Shown in pieces: positions 29,717-39,336 of a stretch of 64,000 bases of DNA (within the stretch, counting starts at the first letter, position 1; each line of letters begins with the position of its first letter). The notes beneath the pieces are model-generated. The model was given only the letters and a program-made list of their open reading frames with translations. It made no database searches and was not told the origin of the DNA. The translations under genes and the position numbers were made by a program. Source of the stretch: Dehalococcoidia bacterium (GTDB lineage: Bacteria > Chloroflexota > Dehalococcoidia > Lucifugimonadales > GCA-2712585); the NCBI GenBank assembly GCA_965208725.1, contig CBDBPI010000001.1:969033-1033032 (forward strand). Reading direction: 5' to 3'.

Positions 29717-30256
29717 ATGACTACAACTGGCAAGCAGAAGACCAACTGGCCGGACAGGCTTCGCGAGATTAGCAAGTACGTGAATCTGACCGAGGAGGAC
29801 CGTAAGCTGATACGCTCCACGGGCCCCATAGTGCGCCGGTATTCGGACCAGTTGACCACGGAAGTCTACGACCTCATCTTCGAATTCCCCAATGCAGGCC
29901 GGTTCTTCTCCTATGAAGACGGCACGCCGGACCCCAGGCGCGTCAAGGACAACAAGGACTCCATGATGCAGTGGCTGAACTATCTGGCCCAGGCTCCTTC
30001 AAACGATGCCTTCGCCCGCTACCTGATAGCGGTAAGCGCCATGCATCGGGACATCCCCATCCACCGACCCGGACTGCCCCCCGTCCCCACCCAGTTCGTC
30101 ATCGGCACTATCTCCTGGTATCAGACCCGCCTGATCCAGATCTTCGAGGATGAACTCGGCGACCTGCGCAAAGCCGCGGAAGCCAGCGTAGCCTGGAACA
30201 AGATGCTCATGGTCTCCCTCGACATCCTCCTCGGCGCCTACCTCCTCGACTCCTAG
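29717..30256 (+). CDS. Protoglobin/sensor-globin domain protein
   Basis: YVNLTEEDRKLI..VYD..YLIAVSAMH..AWNKML globin-sensor pattern. Confidence 0.8.
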   Translation: MTTTGKQKTNWPDRLREISKYVNLTEEDRKLIRSTGPIVRRYSDQLTTEVYDLIFEFPNAGRFFSYEDGTPDPRRVKDNKDSMMQWLNYLAQAPSNDAFARYLIAVSAMHRDIPIHRPGLPPVPTQFVIGTISWYQTRLIQIFEDELGDLRKAAEASVAWNKMLMVSLDILLGAYLLDS

Positions 30257-30506
30257 CTACCCAGCGTCCCCAGCTGGAAGCCCTTTGAATAACTCTGCCA
30301 CGAGCGGCCAATAACCTCTTCCCCCTCTCCCGTCCTGGGAGAGGGTTGGGGTGAGGGTGTTTCCCCCTATCCGCTCACCCTGAGCCTGTCGAAGGGCCTT
30401 CTTTCCTCTTCCCCCTTGATGGGGGAAGATTGAGATGGGGGTGATTCCGGTGAGAAGCCGTGGATGGGTATGTCCCCCGTAGGGGCAACCCTTGTGGTTG
30501 CCCTCT

Positions 30507-30798
30507 TCCGCTTTGCCGCCAAAAAGTATCAAGTGATCTGCCAAAAAGAAACTCCAGTAACATTCCCCGATACTATGTGATACTTTTCGCCCCAAAAGTA
30601 TCATTTGAGTGCCCAAAAGGATACTCCAGTATCCTTCAATCGTTAAATTGGCCTTCTAAAGATACTTTTAGCCCAAAAAGTTCCCCAATCTCACCAAAGG
30701 GATACTGGAGTATCCTTCCACTAATCTATTATCCTGTGAAAGATACTTTTGGGGCGAAAAGTATCCCAATCCCGCCGAAAGGATACTGGAGTTTCCTT
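30507..30798. repeat. Array of alternating palindromes, period about 81 bp
   Basis: GATACTTTT-N6-AAAAGTATC at 30579, 30661, 30742; AAGGATACT-N2-AGTATCCTT at 30617, 30698, 30779; degenerate fourth unit 30507-30564. Confidence 0.88.
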
Positions 30799-31943
30799 TG
30801 CTGAAAAGGCTTGGTCATAATCCACACGGAACCCTGGTTCCCACTGTAAAGAATCAGATGGCCTTCGTCCCTGCGGCCCTTCCACGTCTGTTGAATCTGA
30901 GCCCGCATCTCGTGTGGTCGCTTGATAATGCGTCCAGAGCTGTAGCGTCGCTGTCAGCCATAGGCGAAAACATGCAGAATCCACACTTGCTCATTGCTCC
31001 AATGATGCGGAGAGAGGCCTTGTTGTCCTCTCGCATCGAAGGGACCATTGCGTCCTTATCCGACGTGCTATCCCACGAGGCGATTCGCATAAGGCGTCCC
31101 AACGACGACGTAGAGGAAGTCATCAACTATGTGGATGCCCTTGACCTGGGAATTTCGCTGCTGGCAGACATGCCTATTTCCTACAGGCTGGTAAATGAGG
31201 TTCATAGAGTTCTCTTGTCCGGGGTGCGCGGGCAGGAAAAGCGGCCTGGGGAATTTCGCACCCTTCAGGTTTGGATTGGCGCGCCAGGGTCTTCAATCAG
31301 TAACGCAAGGTTCGTCCCGCCACCGCCGGACATCCTGCGAGACCTGTTCCAGGACTGGGAAGAGTTTGCCAACGCGGACTTGAAGATGCCGCCCCTTGTG
31401 AAGTGCGCGCTGATGCACTATCAGTTTGAGGCAATCCATCCGTATCGTGACGGTAACGGAAGAATCGGACGTCTGCTCATTACCCTCTTTCTGAAGGCAA
31501 GTGGCGTCTTGTCTAACCCGTTGCTGTATCTGAGCGCCTACTTCGAGAGAGAACGGCAACGGTACTATGACGAGCTTTTCAACGTCAGCGCTACGGGCGA
31601 CTGGGAGCGGTGGCTGGAGTATTTTCTGAACGGCGTGTTTAAGGAGTCCCAGGACGTAGTCGAGCGAATTAGGCGGCTGCGTGACCTGCAGGAAAAGCAT
31701 CGAGCGCAACTTCTGGGAAGAAGGGCATCGGCCAGTGAATCACTTCTGTTGGACGAACTGTTCGCGAATCCCTTTATGACGGCTCCGAGGGCCAGCGAGA
31801 TTCTGGGGATGACGCCGGCCGGTGCGCGCAGGGCTTTGGGCAGGCTGGCTTCGGCGGGAATAGTACGGGTTGTTTCCGACCACCGGCCCCAACTATACGT
31901 GGCAGATGAGATTCTGGAGATTCTGGACGCGCCGGAAGCTTAG
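30798..31943 (+). CDS. Fic family protein (Fic_N, Fic, C-terminal HTH-like)
   Basis: AFVPAALP, REALLSSRIEGT, HYQFEAIHPYRDGNGRIGR Fic motif. Confidence 0.94.
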   Translation: MLKRLGHNPHGTLVPTVKNQMAFVPAALPRLLNLSPHLVWSLDNASRAVASLSAIGENMQNPHLLIAPMMRREALLSSRIEGTIASLSDVLSHEAIRIRRPNDDVEEVINYVDALDLGISLLADMPISYRLVNEVHRVLLSGVRGQEKRPGEFRTLQVWIGAPGSSISNARFVPPPPDILRDLFQDWEEFANADLKMPPLVKCALMHYQFEAIHPYRDGNGRIGRLLITLFLKASGVLSNPLLYLSAYFERERQRYYDELFNVSATGDWERWLEYFLNGVFKESQDVVERIRRLRDLQEKHRAQLLGRRASASESLLLDELFANPFMTAPRASEILGMTPAGARRALGRLASAGIVRVVSDHRPQLYVADEILEILDAPEA

Positions 31944-31957
31944 GGCGATTGGGGAAC

Positions 31958-32032
31958 TGGAGCGGGCGATGGGATTCGAACCCACGACGTCTTGCTTGGG
32001 AAGCAAGCACTCTGCCACTGAGTTACGCCCGC
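31958..32032 (-). tRNA. tRNA-Gly(CCC) with encoded CCA
   Basis: GCGGGCG/CGCCCGC-T-CCA; CTTGC-TTCCCAA-GCAAG anticodon arm; GGTTCGAATCC. Confidence 0.96.
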
Positions 32033-32175
32033 TGCATTCAGGCTAGGCCGTGCCTGGATGTCGATGGTAATACGCCCCTCCAAACAATGTCAATCAGCCA
32101 CCGTTGCCCTACTCTGCCTTGACACCCGCTCTCCCCTCCCCTTTAATCTAGCCAATCCCTCCCGAAAGGCCGCCC

Positions 32176-32391
32176 ATGCCGCAACAAACGCCCCCCTTCC
32201 CGTCCCTGCCCACCTCCAAGGAAGCGCTCCTGGACCAACTGAAGCAGGACGCTATCGGCCTTTGGGGCGAAGAACGCGCCGCCACCCTCCAGAAAATCCT
32301 CGAGGAGCACGCCCAGCGGCTGGTGGGCCTCTCCTCAGTCATGCCTCCCAGTGTGGAAACGCCCACAATGGGCTGGCAAAACCACCCTTAG
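32176..32391 (+). CDS. Small hypothetical protein preceding amidase (possible GatC/AtzG-like partner)
   Basis: GAAAGG RBS; helical 71 aa ORF ending 9 bp before the amidase ATG. Confidence 0.65.
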   Translation: MPQQTPPFPSLPTSKEALLDQLKQDAIGLWGEERAATLQKILEEHAQRLVGLSSVMPPSVETPTMGWQNHP

Positions 32392-32400
32392 GTGCCCGCC

Positions 32401-33759
32401 ATGACCGAACCCCACGAACTCACCATCGCCCAAGCCTCTACCGAGATAGCCGCCGGCCGCCTCACGTCCCAAGCCTCGGTCGAAGCTCTCCTCCGTCGCA
32501 TCTACAAGCTCGACTCGCGCCTCAAATCCTGGGTAACCGTAGACTCCGACGGCGCACTGGAGACGGCCCGGGCCCTCGACCGCGAACTCGCACAATCCGG
32601 CCCCCGCTCCCCTCTCCACGGCATCCCCCTGGGCATGAAGGACATCTATTACACCGCTGGCCTGAAGACCACCGCCTGCTCCAAAATCCTCGCCGACTTC
32701 GTCCCCGACTACGATGCAGCCTCCGTAGCCCGCCTCCGCGAGGCTGGCGCCGTAGTCCTCGGCAAGACCGTCACCACCGAGTTCGCCTCCGGCGACCCGC
32801 CGCCCACCCTCAATCCGTGGCGGCCCGCCCACACCCCCGGCGGCTCCAGCAGCGGCTCTGCCGTCGCAGTCGCTGCCCGCATGATTCCCGGCGCCATGGG
32901 ATCCCAGACCGGCGGCTCCATCCTCCGTCCCGCCGCCTACAACGGCATCGTCGGCTTCAAGCCCACCTTCGGACGCATCAGCGTCTTCGGCGTCCTCCCC
33001 CTGGCCTGGTCTCTGGACACCATTGGCCCCATGGTCAACTCCGTGGAAGACGCCGCCATCATGCTTCAGCACCTTGCGGGCTACGACCCCCGCGACTCCG
33101 GCAGCGCCGACGTCCCCACCTCCGACTACCTTCAGGCCCTGAATGAACTCGCCCGCCCGCCCCGCATCGGCTTCATCGGCGGCTTCTTCAAGGAGCGCGC
33201 CGAAACCGAAGTCTGGGCCCACACGGAAGGCGTGGCTCAGAATCTGGCCGCAGCCGGCGCAACCGTGGAAATGGTAATGCCGCCTCCCAGCTTTGCCAGC
33301 GCCCACACCGTTCAGTGGGTGGTCAACAACGCGGAAACAGCCGCCTACCATGAGGAAAACTTCCGCACCCGCGCCCATGATTACAGCGAAATCCTCCGTC
33401 AGCGCATCGAGGTTGGCATCCTTACCCCCGCCGTCAGCTACATACAGGCCCAGCGGCTACGACGAGTCTTCCGGCGGGAGATGGAGGAACTCGCTAACGG
33501 CTGGGACCTCCTCCTAACCCCCACAACTCCCACCCCCGCCCCTCGCGACCTGACCACCACCGGCGATCCCGTCTTCCAGAGTCCCTGGACCTCCTGTGGC
33601 CTCCCCACCATCACCATCCCCTCCGGCATCAGCCCCTCCACCGGCCTGCCCTTGGGCACACAGCTCGCCGCGCCCCCCTTCGAAGAGGCGCGCCTGCTCG
33701 CCGGTGCCAAGTGGTGCGAAGGCGTTCTGGACCTGAGCCTGTTCCCGCCCGTGGACTGA
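32401..33759 (+). CDS. Amidase signature family enzyme
   Basis: PLHGIPLGMKD, GGSSSGSA, GSQTGGSILRPA. Confidence 0.94.
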   Translation: MTEPHELTIAQASTEIAAGRLTSQASVEALLRRIYKLDSRLKSWVTVDSDGALETARALDRELAQSGPRSPLHGIPLGMKDIYYTAGLKTTACSKILADFVPDYDAASVARLREAGAVVLGKTVTTEFASGDPPPTLNPWRPAHTPGGSSSGSAVAVAARMIPGAMGSQTGGSILRPAAYNGIVGFKPTFGRISVFGVLPLAWSLDTIGPMVNSVEDAAIMLQHLAGYDPRDSGSADVPTSDYLQALNELARPPRIGFIGGFFKERAETEVWAHTEGVAQNLAAAGATVEMVMPPPSFASAHTVQWVVNNAETAAYHEENFRTRAHDYSEILRQRIEVGILTPAVSYIQAQRLRRVFRREMEELANGWDLLLTPTTPTPAPRDLTTTGDPVFQSPWTSCGLPTITIPSGISPSTGLPLGTQLAAPPFEEARLLAGAKWCEGVLDLSLFPPVD

Positions 33760-33763
33760 AGGC

Positions 33764-34654
33764 CTAAGCCAGAAACTCCAGCAGCGCCCGATTGAACACC
33801 TGGCTCACCTCCAGATGAGGCCAGTGTCCGCACTGCTCAAACACCCTCAGCCGTCCCTCCGGTATAAGCTGCGCCGCCCGCCGGCCGTGGGCCAGTGGAA
33901 AGATGCGGTCGTCCCTGCCCCAGAACACAATCGTCGGCACTCGTAGCTCCTCCAGCCTGGAAGTCAGGTTGATCGAAGATCTGACGCCCAACAGCGACAC
34001 TCCCACCCGCAGCATCTTCAGCATCGCGGCGCTGTTGCCCGGACGGCTCCGCTCCTCATGTATCAGGCTCACCAGCCGTTCCGTCACGTGGGCCTTATTG
34101 TGGAAAACCTGCCGCAGCACCCATTCTGTGGCGTTCGGCCTGTTGCTTATCAACAGTTCTCCCAACACCGGCATCGACATGAAACGCAGGAATCCCGCAA
34201 TCTCCCGTCCCAGCCCCGCTGCGTCTTCCAGCACCAGCCGCCGCACCCGTTGGGGGCGTTCCAGCGCCAGAGCCAGCGCCACAAGCCCGCCCATGGAGTT
34301 CCCCACAAGAGAAGTGCGTTCCAGGCCCAGGGCATCCATGAACGCCTCGAGGAAGTGAATGGAGTTCGCAAGCGAATACTCCCACGGCGGTTCTTCCGAC
34401 GCCCCGTGGCCGGGTAGGTCCGGCACGTACACCGTATGCCCCCGGGCCAGCGGTTCAATGTTGGCATACCAGATGACCGCGGCCTCCCCCAGTCCGTGCA
34501 GCAAGATCAGCGGCGGCCCCGACCCGGCCTGGTAATATCGCACCCGCGTGTCGGCCGCAGTGATCCACTTCTCCACTCCGGGCATCTTCAGTGGCGGTCC
34601 GTATTCCTTAGCGGCCATAATCAATAGAGTGTACCCCCACTTATCCCTCTCCAC
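33764..34654 (-). CDS. Alpha/beta fold hydrolase
   Basis: LLHG, DLPGHG, GNSMGG nucleophile elbow, WGRDD, CGHWPHLE. Confidence 0.93.
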   Translation of the reverse strand: MERDKWGYTLLIMAAKEYGPPLKMPGVEKWITAADTRVRYYQAGSGPPLILLHGLGEAAVIWYANIEPLARGHTVYVPDLPGHGASEEPPWEYSLANSIHFLEAFMDALGLERTSLVGNSMGGLVALALALERPQRVRRLVLEDAAGLGREIAGFLRFMSMPVLGELLISNRPNATEWVLRQVFHNKAHVTERLVSLIHEERSRPGNSAAMLKMLRVGVSLLGVRSSINLTSRLEELRVPTIVFWGRDDRIFPLAHGRRAAQLIPEGRLRVFEQCGHWPHLEVSQVFNRALLEFLA

Positions 34655-34746
34655 AACGGTTCTCTATATTCCTATAAGAGGGCGTCGGCGAGGACAGATT
34701 CCGGTTGACTCCCAATCCGTCGGAAGCCTAAGCTGGCACAAGCCCT

Positions 34747-35526
34747 ATGGACGCTAACCCCAAAACCCTGTGGCTCTCCCAACGAAGGCTGGAGTCCCTG
34801 CTCGACGTGCTCGACCAGGCCCCGCCCATGGACGCCATAACCCTGCTCCTGCCCCCCGGCGCATCCCTGGACGCCATAACTCCCACCAACGAAGAGCAAG
34901 CTCAGTGGCTGAAGCAGATGCGCGAAACTGCCCCCGACCGCCTGTGGCAGTCCGAGACGGGTGCCGTCCTCTTCTGGAGCGAATATCTCAGACTTGCCAT
35001 TGAACCCCCCTTCCCCCTGGAGTCGACGTCCCTGCGAAACGGCATCAGCGTCGGCCCTCTCCAAACCCTGCTGCGCCGGGAGCCCCTTATCGCCGTTGCC
35101 CTCCTCAGGCTGGGAAGCTACTCCGTCGGCGTCTTTCGAGGGCGTCGTCTCCTCGACGCCAAGACCGGCACCCGCTACGTCAAAGGCCGCCACAGCGCGG
35201 GTGGGACCTCCCAGCGTCGCTTCGCCCGGGTGAGGGAGAAGCAGATCCACTATCTCTACGCGAAGGTTTGCGAGGTAACTCTAGATAAGCTGGGTCCCTA
35301 CGAAAAGCAGCTGGAGCGCGTATTCCTCGGCGGCGAACGGCATACCCTCTCAGGCTTCGTCAAGGAATGCCCCTTCCTTCAACGCTTTGAGCCAATAACA
35401 TCAACTCGCATCCTGCCCGTGCGCGAACCCCGCAGACGTGAACTGGAGCGAATGCCCAACGAAATCTGGAAGAGCCGCGTTACCGTCTTCCGCCTCCCTG
35501 AAGATTTCCCCTTCGACGGTCTCTAA
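34747..35526 (+). CDS. acVLRF1 (Vms1/ANKZF1-like) release factor family protein
   Basis: LLRLGSYSVGVF..KTGTRYVKGRHSAGGTSQRRFARVRE..VFLGG. Confidence 0.85.
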   Translation: MDANPKTLWLSQRRLESLLDVLDQAPPMDAITLLLPPGASLDAITPTNEEQAQWLKQMRETAPDRLWQSETGAVLFWSEYLRLAIEPPFPLESTSLRNGISVGPLQTLLRREPLIAVALLRLGSYSVGVFRGRRLLDAKTGTRYVKGRHSAGGTSQRRFARVREKQIHYLYAKVCEVTLDKLGPYEKQLERVFLGGERHTLSGFVKECPFLQRFEPITSTRILPVREPRRRELERMPNEIWKSRVTVFRLPEDFPFDGL

Positions 35527-35655
35527 CTGTCACCCCGATTGGCTGCTTTGCGCAGTGCAAAGTGACAAAATGCCCATTGATGCGCCTGCGCTGTGGCTGA
35601 TAACATTTCCCTTCATCCCATTTAAATCGGAACATTACCCTCATTAACGTCTTCC

Positions 35656-38061
35656 ATGTCTACCCAGCCAGCAACGATAAATTCACACCCCTCCACAGTT
35701 CGGGAAACCGACCGGGAAACCCTGGAACTGCTGGAGTTCCACCTCATCCGGCAGCAGCTTGCCCGGTACACGACACTGACGCCTGCGCGGGAGTCCGCTC
35801 TGGCTTTGTCACCCTCCTCGGACCTCGACCGGATACGTCGCCGTCAGCAGGGCACCCTCGAAGCCCGCAGCTTCCTCGACGAGCAGGGTTCTCTGGACTT
35901 GACGGGAGTGGAGGACATTCGCGAGCTTGTGCAACGGGCCGTCCTAACCGGCGTCCTCCGGGCCGAGCATCTGCGAGAAATTCACGACACCCTTCGCGCC
36001 TGCCGCCGCGCCCGCTCCGTTCTTGCCCATCGCAGGGACCTCCCCCTCATATCCGGTTGGGCCCGGTTAATTCCCTCCCTGCGAGAGCTGGAAGGCCGCA
36101 TAGCCGGCGCCATCGACGCCAACGGCCTCGTCATGGACAATGCCACACCCGCCTTGCGGCAGCTCCGTCAGCAGGCGGAACAGGCTCGCTCCCGCCTGTC
36201 CGTCTCAATGGAACGAGAGATGCGACGCCTCCGACGCAGCAACCTGCTCCAGGAACAGCTCATCACTGAGCGAAACGGAAGGCTGGTGCTTCTGGTCAAA
36301 AGCTCACTGCGCCAGCAGGTCCCCGGTATCGTCCACGATGTTTCCGATAGTGGCGCAACCGCCTTCATTGAACCTCTGGGCGCGGTGCCCCTCGGCAACC
36401 GATGGCGCGAAGCGTCCCTGTCAGCCCGACGTGAAGAAGAACGAATACTACGCTCCCTGTCTTCACAGGTCGGACTCCAGGGAGAGCAGGTTCTGGCCTC
36501 CCTGGACCTGCTGGCCCAGATTGATTTCACCATCGCCAAGGGCCGGCTCTCCATGGCCCATGGTAGTACCCCTCCAACTTTCATTGACGCGGAAGAGTCC
36601 CGTCTGAAGCTGGAAGCTGCCCGCCACCCCCTCCTTGGAGAATCTGCCGTCCCCATCAATCTGACTCTGGGCAGCGAGGGCAGAATCCTGCTTATCACCG
36701 GCCCCAATGCCGGTGGAAAGACCGTCGCCCTCAAAACGGCGGGCCTGCTGACCGCCATGGCCCAGGCGGGCTTGCACGTTCCCGCCGGACGCTGCCAGAT
36801 GACGGTCTTCGACGCCGTCTACGCCGATATCGGCGACCAGCAGAGCATTGAGCAGTCCCTTTCTTCCTTCAGTTCCCACCTCCAGAACCTGCGTGGGATA
36901 ATGGAAGGCGCAACCTCCCGTTCCCTGGTCCTGCTGGACGAACTGGGGGCCAGCACAGATCCGGAGGAAGCCGCAGCCCTCGCCAAAGCCACCATCAGCT
37001 ATTTCGCCCGTGGCGGAGTGGCCTGCATCGTCACCACCCATCATCGAGACGTGGCCGCTTTTGCCCAGGACCAGCCCGGCATGGTCAACGCCAGCGTGGA
37101 GCTACACCCTTCCGACCTCACCCCCACCTATCGACTGGCCATCGGTCTCCCCGGAAGAAGCTACGCCCTAACAATCGCCCAGCGCATGGGCATAGATGAA
37201 ACAACCGTAGACCACGCCCGTTCCCTGCTCTCCGAGGACCACCGCCGCGCCGAAGAGCTTTTGCGTAAGCTGGAAGAAGAACGCTCCCTTGCCGAAAAGC
37301 ATCGCCGCGATGCCCAGAAGGAGGCAAGCCATGCCCGCGCCGAGCGGCGTGAATTGGAGAAACGATTGAATGCCTTGGAAAACGAAAAGGCGGTCATTCT
37401 GGAAGAGGCGCGCCAGGAGATTCAGGCCAGGGCCGACGATCTATGGAAACGCCTCCGTCGCGCTGAACGCTCCCTCTCTCGGCCCGACTGGAAGCGCGAT
37501 CTGAAGGACGAACGTATCGACGTTGCCCAGGTCCGCAGCCAGATACGTTCCTCCCTCGCTCCCCCGAAGTCCGAATCCAGACCGGAGGTCAACCCTAGGC
37601 GCTGGGTCGACGAACTGGAGCGGGGCGACTTTGTCTACGTCAGGGGTCTGCCCAGTCCTGCGGAGGTGCTTGAGCCGTCGAGGAACGGCGGCAGCCTGGA
37701 GGTTCAACTGGGATCGGTGCGGGCAAGCATCCCGTCCCACCAGATTGAGAGTAAGGCCGAGAAACCCAAGCCCCTGAAAATGCCGGAGGGCGTGTCCCTC
37801 TCGCGTGCGCCCACGGGCCCCGCGAAAACGGAGTTGGACCTTCGCGGTATGCGCGTGGAAGAGGCTGACGCGCAGATTGATTCGTTTCTTGACCAGGCAT
37901 TGATGAAGGGTCTCTCTTCTGTGAGAATCGTCCACGGTGGCGGCACCGGCGCCCTCCGCTCCCTGGTTCGCGAGCGCCTGAAAGGCCATCCCGTGGTCAA
38001 AGCCCTCCGTCCCGAGTCCGTCGGCCTTACCGACGGCGCAACCCTGGTGGAGCTGGTCTAG
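35656..38061 (+). CDS. mutS2: Endonuclease MutS2 (collided-ribosome splitting factor RqcU)
   Basis: GIVHDVSDSGATAFIEP, ITGPNAGGKT, DIGDQQSIEQSLSSFS, LLDELG, C-terminal Smr LDLRG..IVHGGGTG. Confidence 0.95.
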   Translation: MSTQPATINSHPSTVRETDRETLELLEFHLIRQQLARYTTLTPARESALALSPSSDLDRIRRRQQGTLEARSFLDEQGSLDLTGVEDIRELVQRAVLTGVLRAEHLREIHDTLRACRRARSVLAHRRDLPLISGWARLIPSLRELEGRIAGAIDANGLVMDNATPALRQLRQQAEQARSRLSVSMEREMRRLRRSNLLQEQLITERNGRLVLLVKSSLRQQVPGIVHDVSDSGATAFIEPLGAVPLGNRWREASLSARREEERILRSLSSQVGLQGEQVLASLDLLAQIDFTIAKGRLSMAHGSTPPTFIDAEESRLKLEAARHPLLGESAVPINLTLGSEGRILLITGPNAGGKTVALKTAGLLTAMAQAGLHVPAGRCQMTVFDAVYADIGDQQSIEQSLSSFSSHLQNLRGIMEGATSRSLVLLDELGASTDPEEAAALAKATISYFARGGVACIVTTHHRDVAAFAQDQPGMVNASVELHPSDLTPTYRLAIGLPGRSYALTIAQRMGIDETTVDHARSLLSEDHRRAEELLRKLEEERSLAEKHRRDAQKEASHARAERRELEKRLNALENEKAVILEEARQEIQARADDLWKRLRRAERSLSRPDWKRDLKDERIDVAQVRSQIRSSLAPPKSESRPEVNPRRWVDELERGDFVYVRGLPSPAEVLEPSRNGGSLEVQLGSVRASIPSHQIESKAEKPKPLKMPEGVSLSRAPTGPAKTELDLRGMRVEEADAQIDSFLDQALMKGLSSVRIVHGGGTGALRSLVRERLKGHPVVKALRPESVGLTDGATLVELV

Positions 38062-38064
38062 GCC

Positions 38065-39306
38065 GTGACGAGAAAGACCACATTTATCATGCGGATGGTT
38101 TGCATTCTTGGAATGGTCGCTGCGACTGCTTTGCTGGGAGTGATCCTTGGCTGCGCCAGGCCGGCAGCGACGGAAACGACTCCCCAACCTTCAACGCCGG
38201 TCACGCAGCCCACGACACAGGCAACGCCGGCACCCACTGCGCCACCCGAAGGAGAAGGCGTACAGGCGGTGGCGGAACTGGTCGCAGAGGAACTCAAAGC
38301 CCCCTGGGCCTTGGACTTTACCCCCGACGGCCGTATCTTCATCACCGAAAAGGAAGGAAACATCCGCGTGTTCGCCAACGGCGAACTGCAGGATGCCCCA
38401 TATCTGGTCATAGAGGAAGTCGCGCCGGAGGGCGAGGGAGGCCTGCTGGGGCTGGCCGTCGACCCTAATTTCGCCTCCAACGGCCACTTCTACGTCTACT
38501 ACACCTACAAGCTCGCCAGCGGCGCTCCGGCGAATCGCGTGGTGCGTTGGCGCGACGTCGGTCAAACGGCAGAGGACCCCACCATTATCCTGGACCGCAT
38601 CCCCGGCAATCGTATCCATAACGGCGGCCGCCTGAAGTTCGGTCCCGACGAAAAGCTGTACGTGACCATTGGAGACGCCGCCTCCAGAATCCTGGCTCAG
38701 GACGTTGAGTCCTTAGCGGGAAAGATACTGCGTCTCAATAACGACGGCACTGTTCCCGCTGACAATCCCTTCCCCGGCTCACCCGTTTACTCCTACGGAC
38801 ACCGCAATCCCCAGGGCCTTGATTGGCACCCCGAAACCGGGGATCTCTTCGCCACGGAGCACGGGCCCGTGGGCCACGACGAGGTGAATCTCATCGTGCC
38901 CGGCGGCAATTACGGCTGGCCCGAAGTCGGCGGCGACGAGACCGGCGTGGGGTTCATACCCCCCGTCCTGCACAGCGGCATCGAGACGTGGGCGCCCTCG
39001 GGCGCAGCTTTCTACGACGGCGAAGTTATGCCGGACCACTGGCAGGGAAGACTGTTTTTCGGAGCTTTGAGAGATCGGCGCATCCTTTGGGTGGAATTCC
39101 AGGGGCCGGACTATCAGCATGTACTTCAGCAGGACTCCATCTTCGTCCGTCAGCACGGCCGAATCCGCGATGTGGTCCTGGGACCGGACAAGCACCTCTA
39201 TTTCATTACCAGCAACCTGGACGGTCGGGGCCGCCCCCGCGAGGGCGACGACCTCCTCCTGCGCATCTCCCCCGTAGCCGGAGTGCTCAGCCGTCACATC
39301 CCTTAA
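38065..39306 (+). CDS. PQQ-dependent soluble sugar dehydrogenase lipoprotein (GSDH family)
   Basis: PWALDF, GEGGLLGLA, HNGGRLKFGPD, YSYGHRNPQG, GRIRDV. Confidence 0.92.
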   Translation: MTRKTTFIMRMVCILGMVAATALLGVILGCARPAATETTPQPSTPVTQPTTQATPAPTAPPEGEGVQAVAELVAEELKAPWALDFTPDGRIFITEKEGNIRVFANGELQDAPYLVIEEVAPEGEGGLLGLAVDPNFASNGHFYVYYTYKLASGAPANRVVRWRDVGQTAEDPTIILDRIPGNRIHNGGRLKFGPDEKLYVTIGDAASRILAQDVESLAGKILRLNNDGTVPADNPFPGSPVYSYGHRNPQGLDWHPETGDLFATEHGPVGHDEVNLIVPGGNYGWPEVGGDETGVGFIPPVLHSGIETWAPSGAAFYDGEVMPDHWQGRLFFGALRDRRILWVEFQGPDYQHVLQQDSIFVRQHGRIRDVVLGPDKHLYFITSNLDGRGRPREGDDLLLRISPVAGVLSRHIP

Positions 39307-39336
39307 TATGGAATCACTGCGCCCAGGGGTAAGAAA

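Noticed and set aside
30507-30798. CRISPR array
   Set aside because: Two alternating repeat types, 13-24 nt spacers, variable cores and no cas genes; kept as an unexplained array instead.
30460-30804. 114-aa ORF with repeated PKGY(S/W)S
   Set aside because: Starts inside a REP and the periodicity follows from the 81-bp DNA palindromes; no independent coding evidence.
31944-31985. Integrated element at tRNA-Gly with att duplication
   Set aside because: No second copy of the tRNA 3' end and no integrase seen in the window.
32058-33378. Long overlapping ORFs (32058-33146 +, 32335-33378 -), also 26233-27507, 40744-42060 and 49175-50239
   Set aside because: Shadow frames of high-GC genes with clear family motifs in another frame.
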